Part shown: in pieces, positions 12,761 to 24,234 of the stretch
Position numbering within the stretch: the stretch's first letter is position 1
Layout of the letters: each line of letters starts with the position of its first letter
NCBI GenBank assembly: GCA_002189035.1
Contig: NEEC01000014.1
Span: forward strand, 2,790,001 to 2,854,000
Length of the DNA: 64,000 nucleotides
Direction of reading: 5' to 3'
Source of the DNA: Utricularia gibba
Lineage: Eukaryota > Plantae > Magnoliophyta
Made by a program: the position numbers and the translations under genes
Notes under the pieces: model-generated
Seen by the model: the letters and a program-made list of their open reading frames with translations, nothing else
Told to the model about the DNA's origin: nothing
Databases searched by the model: none

Positions 12761-14375
12761 GAATATGGAAGGGTTCCATGTTTATAGTGGTTACATCATA
12801 GATGAGAAAATTTTCATGTTTGTTGATCTCCATTGGATAGACACATTTTTTAATTTATATAATAGTTGCAAAATATTCACAACACTACATTCTAAAATTC
12901 GGCAGATTTTAATAATGGGAGTAGACTTGTTTTTTTTTTTCATGTTCATCATCTATTTTTGTTTTTGATTTTTATGAATTTCATGCAATTATAAAGAAAA
13001 TAAATAAAGAATTCGACAAAAATATAAATATAGAAACAATGAACAAAGAACCAGGATGTTTCAATTAAACAAGAAAATATAATTTTTTTTATCATAAAAT
13101 CATTGCATAAAATATATTTGTAAGACAAAAACATGATAAAATTACCAATTGTCACAATAATAGATTTTCTAAACAAAAAAATTACTTTTTATATGTTTTA
13201 AAAATTATAATTGACTTTTTCTCATTCCAAATTATGCTTTTTTATAGTAATTTAGAATCATTTTATATCTTGTATGTTAAGGTTTCTCTATGTTTTTTTT
13301 AGGTTTTACATTACTTTTATTTTTTTGAATAAAGATTGTATGTTATGATTTTGTATAATTTCAACCTAATTTATAAGGAGAAATATACTAAACAAGCCTG
13401 AAGGTACATAAATTTGAGCTCAAGGAAAGGTTTAAATTGTCTGAAGAATGAATATTTGATTTAAATTTCTAAAATTCATGCAAATATTTGAATAAAATAT
13501 TTACAGATTTATACAAAATTCAGGACCGTAAAACAAAATTCAACAAAATATTAAATATAAGACCCTGAACATGGGTGGAGGTTGTTGTCTAGAATTTGCT
13601 GTTAGAGTCGTGTAGCTGAGTCCTTCACTTGTACGTTTTAGTTAACTTTTCATTTTTAGCATTTTTTCTATTCTAGAGTGTTTGAATATTATTTGATTAA
13701 AGATTTATTATGTATTTCTGCATTTTAGGTTTAATTAATTTCATGATATTAAATAAAATATTAATTTTGTATTTCTAATTTTTACTATTTATTATGAATA
13801 TTTTAAAATAATATTATTTATAAATTAAATTATATACTATATATTAAACCCCTAGTTATAAAAACAATAATAAACTAGTACACCACCTACACAGGTAATG
13901 TTGAATCGGTGTTGAACATACAAATTAAGGTGCCATCAATAGCTTTTTTAGGAAATTATGCTCGGCGTCGTCGTTGTAATTTACAGAGAAATGGGGTGGA
14001 TTTTTAGGGGAGATCTTCAGCTCCAATAATTGCGGCTGTGCCTGTGGCCTCAATAATATGCCCCCGGCTGGCTTCCTTTGCATTTATTGTTGGTTCACTT
14101 CCGGCGGCCTGCATCCGTTAAATTCTCAATGGAAAAAAGTCAAATTATTTATGTCAAGTAACCTCATTGTCCCAAGTGCCAAGTACATGTGAGATTTGGA
14201 GGGACTGTTATTTCATTTACTTTATTTGAAAAGATAATTAGATTTCTGGTTTCTTCTTACTTCAACGATTCACCAGAAAGTGCAGTGCATCCCCAACCGC
14301 CGGAGATGCCGTCGTAATTCGCCATTACGCCGGTGCCTCCGCGCCCTCGCCCTCTTCAATTTGCAGTGACGGCAG

Positions 14376-16542
14376 ATGATACAGAAAATGTTGCGGATGA
14401 GGAGGTTCTCCTTTCACGTGGCGGTTGTCGCACTCGCCATCGCTTACATCTACTTTTCCACGCTTCTTGTCTTCATTCACCGATGTTTCGGGCTCCGTTC
14501 CTCACCGGGCATTCTTCACTCCATTTTCTTTACCTTTCTCGCGGCTATGTGTGTTTACAGTTATCGTCTCGCTCTTTACACGGATCCCGGCCGAGTGCCC
14601 TATTCTTATCTTCCAGATATCGAGGACTCCAACACTCCGATCCATGAGATCAAGCGCAAGGTTCGCTATTTTCTTGTGTCTGAGACTCAACTCTGTTTGT
14701 AACGTAATTCATTAAATGCTCTTGATGATGTATCTACGGCCTTTTGTTTTTTTCATTACGAAATTGTACTGCAGGGCTTTTTGAGAGCTTGATGATGCTC
14801 TTGAGAGCTTTTTTCTCATTTAATTGGTGCAATTCCGTATTCTTTTTTTTTCTTTCTCGGGGACCTTGCTGTTATTTCGGCTATGAAATGTGATTATTTC
14901 CCGTCTTTTTGATTGACAAGTCGATTATTTGATCTCCATAGAGTGGAAATGAGTTGTCCTTTTCAAAACATTGAGATTCTCTTCTAGGTTTTGTACTTTG
15001 GTAGAAGACAGGTTCAGTTGAAAGTTTTGTGCAAGTTCTTGCTTTCCTCTGTTTTTTATTTCTGGGCTGAATTCAGGAATGCTTCATGTCCTTGCCTGTT
15101 AAGAGCCGTATGTTGATCGGAATAGATGCCATTATCATATTTAGGTTTAGTTGGTTTTAGAGATAACCTATTTTGTGTAAAGGTTGAATCGAAGTGCAGG
15201 ATATGCGCTTATATGATTGTATGCTAGCTAAAATAGAAGCTGAAGAACACAAGTTGTCAAATGAGATCTCCACCACACACATTTCATTTGAAAAAGCTGC
15301 ATTACTTTATTGATCTGTCGTTGATTGTCACTGTTTTTTCTTTATAATTTGTCTTGGATAGAATGATTAGACGATCTGGATTGTGGTATGATGCTCTGGC
15401 CATTATTCTGCAGGGTGGTGATTTGAGGTACTGCCAGAAGTGCTCCCACTACAAGCCTCCCAGGGCCCATCATTGCCGCATCTGTAATCGATGTGTTTTA
15501 CGAATGGTAGGCTTGTTAAGTATGGTTTTTATTTTTATTGTGATTGTGTTGAGTGTGATTTATACTGCTGTTAAAGTTTTGTCATGCAGGATCACCATTG
15601 TGTTTGGATGGACAACTGCATAGGACATGCGAACTATAAGATTTTCTTTGTCTTTGTATTTTATGCTGTTATCGCATGCATATACTCCTTGGTATGGTCT
15701 CTTCTTGCTATGATTTTCACATAGCAGTTATAGAACACCACAACCGGCTGTAATTCCCTCTCCACAGTAAACACCTCAATGTAATGCTTTTTCCATTTCA
15801 GAGCATGTTCATTGGTAGTGTGACAGTTGACGCTCGGGAGGATATTGAAGACTATTACAGAATCATACATGTAGTTACTTAATTCTTATTCCATTTTCTT
15901 TTTTCCATTTTTTCTGCTTTCAGATTTTCAATAAGTTTTATTCGTGTTTTAGCTTGCTGGGTTATCTTCAGGTAATTTCAGGTTTGCTGCTGGTGCCGTT
16001 AAGCTTGGCACTTGGATTTTTCCTTGGTTGGCATATTTATCTCATTTTGCGAAACAAAACCACTATAGAGGTTCATAATCCCCCTTTTTTGGCATCACAT
16101 ACTTCATAGTTCTCTTCAATTACCAACTGGTACGTTTATTTATTTATTTTTTTTATTGCAGTATCATGAGGGTGTTAGAGCAATGGTTCTGGCGGAAAAG
16201 GGTGGTCACCTCTATTCACATCCATACGACGTTGGTGCATACGAGAACCTGATTGCAGTAAGGATGACCTTTCTTCTTCCTCTCCCCATGTACAAGTGAT
16301 TCAGCTGGAGCTCTCGTTCGAATCACCAAAATTTCTTAACTTCGCCTCACCAGAGCTGAAGCTAAATCACTTCCAAACACCCAGTTTTGCAGCTCTCATG
16401 GCGTTTTCAAATCTTTCCACAGGTTCTGGGTCCGAACATTGCTTACTGGCTTTGGCCAACCTCAAGACACCTTGGCTCTGGCATTTCTTTCAGAACCATG
16501 TTCGATAAACAGATGGGATCATCCGTCACAACAGCACACTAA
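14376..16542 (+). CDS. PAT16: DHHC-type protein S-acyltransferase, PAT15/PAT16-like. Exons 14376-14660, 15414-15506, 15590-15691, 15802-15870, 15972-16070, 16162-16257, 16423-16542
   Basis: [41 protein letters not shown] and [18 protein letters not shown] motifs; GT-AG introns keep the frame. The start could be the ATG at 14388 or 14397. Confidence 0.93.
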
Positions 16543-16910
16543 GAGGCTCATTCATTTCCTTCCACGAGCAACTTACTGACTAGAAGTTCCTTAATTTATG
16601 GTACGTACGAGAAACGGCTACTGGTTGTGTGTACTTATGCATGGTCATTCTTGAGAAACGATTTCGGCTCTTCTTATAGGATGTGTAGAATGTAGAAAAC
16701 TCGTCTAGTGTTATTTATCCGCCTTGTGGGTAGAGGGAACCTGTTGCAAGGCTCAGAGGTGTAGCATTCTCTGGAGGAAGGAAGCTGCTTCTGTATATTT
16801 GCTTTTTTTTTTAATTATTTTAAATTTTACCAAAAGAAAAATAAAAGGTGTTGGGATGACATATTACATTTATACCCCCGGGATTCCCAGTGGTAGCCCT
16901 TCCTCCCTTC

Positions 16911-16920
16911 CTATATAAGC
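16911..16920 (+). promoter_or_regulatory. Putative TATA box of the expansin gene
   Basis: CTATATAAGC about 95 bp upstream of the ATG. Confidence 0.6.
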
Positions 16921-17007
16921 ACCCCCGCCTAGCCTTACAGTCTACACGCCGTCGCGCACTAAAACACTGATCGTACTTTACGAAGCTCAGCGGACGTTCC
17001 GGTAGCA

Positions 17008-18055
17008 ATGATGAAACGTCTTCTGTTCAGCATTTCCGCCGTTGCATTTCTCCTGCCTGTCACCCGCGCCCGAATCCCCGGCGTCTTCTCCGGCGGTCCA
17101 TGGGAAGCAGCCCATGCGACATTCTACGGCGGCAGCGATGCTTCCGGAACTATGGGTACCCCGAAATTCTCCCCCATTCTTCTAGATTTTCACATGGTGC
17201 TTCACCTCACGTTTTCTCTACAGGCGGCGCGTGCGGATACGGTAACTTGTACAGCCAAGGATACGGCGTGAACACGGCGGCACTAAGCACGGCGCTGTTC
17301 AACACAGGCCTGAGCTGCGGAGCTTGCTTCGAAATCAAGTGCAACGAGCCCAAGTGGTGCAACCCTGGGAATCCCTCAATCATCGTCACCGCCACCAATT
17401 TCTGTCCTCCGAATGACGCGCTTCCGAGTGATAACGGCGGCTGGTGCAATCCCCCGCGGCCGCATTTCGACCTCGCCATGCCAATGTTTCTCAAGATCGC
17501 CGAGTACCGCGCCGGCATAGTCGCCGTCAGCTTCCGCCGGTAAAGCACTTTCACTTCTTTCAGACCGAACTGCCCTATTTTAGCAGCTCTTGTGTACCTG
17601 GGGTGATGGGCTTTACAGTCATTTCCGTTGCTCAGAGAAACCCGGTTGCTTTTCTAACTTTGACCGAAAGCCGTATTAAAAATATTGACACGGGTTTTCA
17701 TTTATTAACCTTTTTGCTTTCCCCTTTTCGTCCGCCCGTTTGCAGTACGCCGTGCCGAAAGCAAGGAGGCATCCGATTCACCGTCAACGGGTTCCGCTAC
17801 TTCAACCTTGTGCTCATCGCAAACGTCGCTGGCGCCGGAGATGTAGTGCGAGCGAGCATCAAAGGCACGAGGACCCAATGGATTCCGCTGAGCCGCAACT
17901 GGGGACAGAACTGGCAGTCAAACGTCGTTCTCGTGGGTCAGGCTCTGTCCTTCAGGGTCACCGCAAGCGACGGTCGCACTTCGACGTCCATGAACGTGGC
18001 TCCTGCTGATTGGCAGTTCGGCCAGACCTTCATGGGTAAAAATTTCAGAATCTGA
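17008..18055 (+). CDS. EXPA4: Alpha-expansin, EXPA4/6/16 clade. Exons 17008-17155, 17224-17539, 17746-18055
   Basis: Signal peptide, [46 protein letters not shown] and C-terminal GKNFRI; canonical phase-1 and phase-2 introns. Confidence 0.95.
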
Positions 18056-19452
18056 GCCCTTTTTTGCCATTAATATTGCTCCACATTTTTCTACTTTTTA
18101 ACGGGGAAAATGTGGAAGCGAGAGCCGAGGGCGGGCCTGTGAATTAGGGATGTTGTTTTAGCGTCGAAGGCGTTGTAGTTCCAGGCCGAAGTGACTGCTG
18201 CTGCAATGTCTTACCTGCAGCCCGCGGCCGTGTTTTGTATCGTCCTTAGAGTTGCCAAATCTTCGATCTGGAAGCCATGTTTTGTATCGGCATTAGGAAA
18301 AACTCTTGTTACGCCTGGCCTGTTATGCCCCAAATGGTCCGCCAAACACAGCGGTTGTGGTTTTGGAGAAAAAGCGCGGGCGAGGACTAGGAAGGAAGGA
18401 GGGATGGGATTCCCTTCCCTTCCCTTCCCGTAAGCAAAAGTTGGTGAAGAAAGAACAAAAACCATATCCGCAGCGATACCGATTCTGTGTGGTTGCCATT
18501 CCCGTGCATCGAGATTCAACAGGCCGTGAGTTCCTTTTTGACCTAACAAAAAGTTGGAAGACAAAACGTACTCTCTCCCATACATTTTTAAAATAAAAAT
18601 TTCGCATTTTTATTAAAAATAAGAATCCTGTGGAACATGGGCATCCTTGTGAAGCGGGAGGAGTGTAACCCAACCCGTGAAGAAAGAGGATGGTATTGGC
18701 TTGGAAAGGGCTCTAGAGGCTCTTTCAACATTCGGGGGCTGTCAAATATTCACAAGCTCACACTCCCCATAATACATGGATTGGACCTTCAATTAGGTAA
18801 TAAATAGAGCTGGACATGGACATGGGTCAACATCAATATCCATTAGATTGACTCTTATCGGGTTTGATCTATGATCTATAACCATGAAAAATAAATATGA
18901 AATAATTCCATAACATATGGGTACGGGTCAATTGAGTTAGGACTAAAGCACAGCCCACTAACAAAAAATTGAGCTATTTTGTGAATCATTCGGATTGATT
19001 TTAACGAATATTAGTTTTCAAAATCCAATAAGGCTCGTTATTCCATAAGAATACAACACTAGTCATCTTGGGAGATAATAGTTCTGCAGAAACCATTTTG
19101 AACCTTCATTGGCTCTCCCACCTTGTTTTGCACTGTTGTTCACAATGTGCTAAAAGAGCAATTGCAACGCAACTTACAAACATATTTCAAACTGAAATTG
19201 AAGCTTTATCCATAGATCACATGTAGATTGCAGTGCTTGGAGACCTTTGAAAATCTAATTGTGAGACGATCCAATGATAAATCTAAAGTGTACATCCCCC
19301 GATTATCCAATTCAATCTCCTAAGATTTGAGAATTTTGAGTTGTTTCACAATGGTATTTCATGAAATCCAAAATGACAAAATCACATAGTATAACACCAA
19401 CATACGAACAAGAGACTCCTTGTGACATTGATGTCTCGAGTGATGGTGCGTA

Positions 19453-20607
19453 TGATAAACAAAAAATTTATAATATTGTTAAAATTGTAAATTCTTTTAT
19501 CAAATAAATTTGTAAACTTAATTCACATACAATGATACAACAAATATAAGCATAGTGAACTAGAGTCAAATATAAAGAGCTATGTAAAATTCAATACATT
19601 TAATTTGTATTATAGTTAAGAGATTAAGTCTAAGCTAACACTAATTCAGTTCTTTGATAAAATTTAGGAAAGAAAAACAATAAATCACTGAACTCCTTGT
19701 TACCTAAAATGAGATGGGGCGATGCCTTGGGACTCATAGGATTAGCATGCAAATAATACAACTAAACTATAAATTATTTATCTAACAAACAAAAGGTTAT
19801 ATTTATCCAAACCCTTGTTTTCCCTAAATCAATTAGGGTTGTTCTAGTGAATCTCACTACTTTCCCCTTCTAGATATATCCTGATTTGTTAAAAAAATAA
19901 TATGATTATGTGGTAAATGTGATTTAATGAACAACAAACATGTTAAACCTTTTTGCCTCAAGGCACTACTAAGTGCTTAGCTCTTCATGACAAGGGAAAA
20001 GAAAATACTTTCATGACATATCATAAACATCATCGTGGTTCCAAAGTTCAACAACAACAAAGGATACATAATAGAATAATAAACTGTAAATGGTTCACAT
20101 GGAAAAGCTAAAACTATTCTCAAATAGGAGTAATGTCCTTCATAAGAAAAAGAATTATTCAAAAGAGAGTTTGGTTCCTGGTTCGTCTTCTCATTCTTCC
20201 TATAAGTTTTTTTCCTCCTGATCTTTGCCTCAGAAGTGTGTGGCATGTTGGTCCAAGTGTGGAGATATTTTTCTACCTCTTCATCATTCCTCATCATTTC
20301 CAAAATCCAATCTCCTATCTTCTTGGATTTTGATGTCCTTTCTTTTCAAATTTTGTCTCCACCTTCTACCAATTCATTGTTTTCTTTCCGCTCCTTGAGA
20401 TTTTGGCTGCTAAAATGTGCTACATTACTCAAGAGAATGATTAGAACTAAGATTGGAACTAAATTATGGATTTAGTCCCAATTAAGACTAAAAAATGCAA
20501 ACAGTGGTGCTAGTAAAAAAAATGCAGAAATACACAATGAATTCTGAATTTTATAGCAAGATATTAATCATTTCATATCCTTAAATACTTAAAAATATGT
20601 GTCATCA
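19453..20607 (-). mobile_element. Solo LTR, family B, with TSD GCGTA
   Basis: TGATAAAC...GTCATCA termini; GCGTA at 19448-19452 and 20608-20612. Confidence 0.92.
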
Positions 20608-21783
20608 GCGTACATATCTTTTAACTCAAAAATAATGGAATGCTTTATTTATAAATTGGAATAAGTATTTCAATCATGATAATGAAATGAAAAAAAACAT
20701 TGTAAGCATTATTGTACCATATATGATCATGGTAAGGTGGCTCTATTTCAATTATGATAATGAAACGAAAAAATATGTTGTATAGCATTATAGTAACACC
20801 TGCGATGTTTCTTGTAGCAAACATGCTTGCTCCGAGAGTAAAGATAATCCATTTGCAAACTGTATTAAATATGTTTTCCTATTATTTTGTATCATTTGGT
20901 CTTCCTAAATGTTTTAACATATTTGTATGAGTTGTATGAGAGTGAAGTACCAAATGCTCGATTTGGAAGTATTGAAGTAATTAATCAAAAAATGGCATCT
21001 CATCATGTTTAGAGGATTATTGTTTCATGATTTTAACATCCCCTAGCACCACTAACAAGGCTAGTGAGGTGGTAATGTTAGTGAAACCCACCAATTCCAA
21101 CCTATGGGAAACAACATTGAAATTTTGAATTGGGGGAAATTGCAAATTGCATTGTATCTAACATTTACATAGGTGGCTAGAGATATACTAGCACCCCCAA
21201 CTTTGATGATGGCATCAAAGAGTCTCTTCAATTTGGATGAAAGAGTTTTTACGTTGAAATGGTCAAGCTTAACATAAGTTACTTTATTTAATATAAATAA
21301 ATAAATAAATACAAAGTTTGGTTTAAAGAAAACATGGATGATGATGATCCCTTTTTTCCTTATTTATTTTTCATTTTAATTCTTTTTATAGCAAGTAACA
21401 TAAAAAAATTTTAATTTTTCCTATGCAATGTTTATGCATAATGAGTCCCAAACATGAATAAAGGAGGCAAAAATTGTAAAATGTTTGATCATTTAATTTA
21501 TGTATCTTGAAAATAGCTTTGAGCAAGTTATTTCATTTTTTGTTATTTCGTCATACTGTTTAAAGTTAGCAAATTTTTTTTTATCTCTTGAGAAAAATTA
21601 GAGTCAATGTTACATAAAATAAACTTTTGATAGAGATATGTTCCAGGTACCATAATTTTATGTTTGCGGTGCTAAAATAGGTGCATGATCACTTTGATGT
21701 CTAGATATCACAATTTAGCATACATGGTGCCTAGATACTGCACCGATTTAAAGTCATGTTCATAAATGAAGTTTCAACCTATA

Positions 21784-23037
21784 TAATAGCACACAAATTT
21801 TCATGTGTTTAGGATATGATAATTATAGATTTTTAATTATGTTTTTGTTACTTATTTTATTATTTTAAGTATTTTTATGTGTTTAGGAAATATGTGATTT
21901 TTGTATGTTAGTGGGCTAAATCCTTTGATTTAGTCCAACCCATGTTCTTACCCGAATTATGAGTCCAACAGCAGGTCCCAAAGTCATGGAAATATACAAA
22001 GATTTCGTGCAAGTCACCATGCAGTAGAGGGAGTAGGAGCAATGAGTACGTTGTTGCAGCGGCATTCTGCAAGTCAGGGGCAGGAGCAGCAGAGTTGTTA
22101 TAGATTGTACTTGCTTTGGGAATTGAGAGAGGAGAGAAAATCAAGAAGGTGGGAGAATCGCAGAAGGAGCTCGTGCAGAGAAACACATGAGGGGGCTTCT
22201 CCTCCAACAACAAGAACACCGACGAGAAGAGGAAAAGAAGAGCTTCATCCTCAAGAACACCACCAAGGCCTAGTTTAGTGCTACTGTTCCGAGCAGTGAA
22301 CAGTAGCAGACGGGGAACCAAAACAAACTTTTATTTCATTTTCGTTCACTGACTGTTTTTAGTTTCTCTGATAGAATTCCTAACGATGTTTCTGTTACAT
22401 TGGCTATTTAATTTTAATGACATTATGTTTTGCCTTCCAATCATGAGTAGCGAAAACCTTAGGGATGACTTAAGGTAAAACATAGTGGTGTGGATCTAGT
22501 GTTAATAATGAAATTTATATTTGTTTCTTAGTTATTGTTTCTACTGTTTCATGGGTAGACCTAAGGAGGGGAACAAGTAGCTTTGCAACTCAAATGCTCG
22601 ATTTAGAGGTAGACCAACGAACCAAGGCGGAAGCAGTAGGTATTTGTCCAGGGTAGAACCAGTAGAATCGAGTAAACCTAGTTTTATATATTTTGCATGC
22701 GGGTAGACCTAATTGCAATGTTGATGATGATATTGGGGACTAGGTTAACCGAAAATATGATGAATGACCTAGGTAGACTTACATTTTTTGGAGTTATGAG
22801 TATAGAGACATGGTAAATTAAATTAGAGACTTTAGTACCACACCACATGCAGATCATTAAGGCATCTTAGTATTACTCTGTGTCCGAACCAGTATCTTCT
22901 ATTTACAGCGTTGAGACTTGATCTTGTTCATTGAATTTGCTTTCCACTGTTAGTTTGAGCTTAGACTAAGAGCCACTATTATTTCACAATTTGCATATGC
23001 TGAAACACTTAGCAAGCACAAGCTCCTTGTGATCGAC
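21784..23037 (+). mobile_element. Family A LTR interrupted near its 3' end by element C
   Basis: TAATAGCACACAAA start; colinear with 2048-3429 up to GATCGAC at 23037; the last ~130 bp are not found after element C. Confidence 0.88.
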
Positions 23038-24216
23038 TGATAACACCGTTTTTATTGTGTTTTTATGTACGTTTTTAAGTATGTTTTGTAGGGTTAGATT
23101 TTGTTTAGTATGCTAAATTGTCTTCTTTTGTGTATTTGGTTTGGTGAAATGTTTTTATTGTGAAAACAGACTCAATTGGAAACAATTGAGACGAAAACTC
23201 TAATATTTCCTCTAGTATGCGTTTAGGTCTTAACAGGGTAAGAGCTAGTACTATAGCAGTGCATTTTCCACGTTAACAAGTCAGAAGGGACAGAAGAGCT
23301 GTGCAAAAGTCACTTTCCGCCGAAAGCAACCGCCCTTCTGAAATGATAAGATTTGGTGCAGAGATCTCTCTTCTAGAAGCATGAGGAAAAGACAAAGCTA
23401 CCTTACTTTTGAGCTATAAAAGGAAAAAAGGAAGAGAGAGACAGGGTGGAGTGCACAGTGGAGGGGAGAGAGGATAGTAGAGGAGCGGGAGCGAGGAGAA
23501 CTAGGTTTCTCCGGTGAACGTCTCCAGCGACCTCCAGATCTACACTTCTACACCATCTTTCCGCCCAGAAACACTATTTCCAACAGATCTAAGACCGAGA
23601 GCAACCACTGAACATTTAATTTTCCATTTTTTTCACTTCGTTTCTTGTGTTGAACCGCTACTGCTACTGTCTTCATTTTTGTACTTTTTGCTACATTTCG
23701 GTACCTTGTCGTGAACGGGAAACTCTTTGTAATCCTTATTTTAGCTTATGAACATGTTCTTGTTTAATCATTTTTTGTTTGGTTCTAAGTTTAACATGCC
23801 TTTTACTGTTCCTGTGAACCCTTACTCTGTTTTTAAGTGTTTTGAAGCTGGGTTTAAGCCTATGGGCTCTCTTGAGTGACACAAGAGACAGACCTTGGTG
23901 TAAAACCTAGCCAAGTTACTTTTATTTTAAGCTTTCTGCACATTCACGTTAATTTCAGTGCCTTTTCATGCCTGCAACTCATTCATTTCAACTGCTGCTA
24001 TTTTATGTCTTACGCGCATTAGAGCTAAACCCCCAGAAAAACCCTCCTATTTCAGGAAATTGAAACTATTCTTTGTGGATTTGACCCTTTCTTACCACAC
24101 TACATTAATTCCTGTGATTTGTTTAGTAGAATAACTAGGTTTATAAATTTCTTTTGATGCGTTGAATGTGCTAGACCGCGACATCTAGCAAATCTCATTC
24201 TTAACGTTCATCAAAA

Positions 24217-24234
24217 TGGTGCCGTTGCCGGGGA
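24217..24234 (+). promoter_or_regulatory. Primer-binding site complementary to the tRNA-Asp 3' end
   Basis: TGGTGCCGTTGCCGGGGA, 3 nt after the LTR end; one mismatch to the canonical Athila TGGCGCCGTTGCCGGGGA. Confidence 0.9.

Noticed and set aside
12924-13398. Tourist-like MITE or right end of the Harbinger element (TACTAAACAAGCC)
   Set aside because: Only about 10 of 13 bases match the left TIR candidate, and no clean TTA/TAA TSD is present.
17207-18673. Antisense and overlapping ORFs around the expansin gene (and 44377-44903 around the kinase)
   Set aside because: GC-rich shadow frames of real exons or UTR; no motifs.
19080-19450. Possible DNA-transposon coding fragment
   Set aside because: No recognisable motif in any frame.
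21908-22321. ORFs within LTRs (also 2377-2717, 19977-20475, 28666-29082, 40816-41094, 63346-63708)
   Set aside because: They lie in non-coding LTRs, their frames are not conserved between copies, and they have no recognisable domain.
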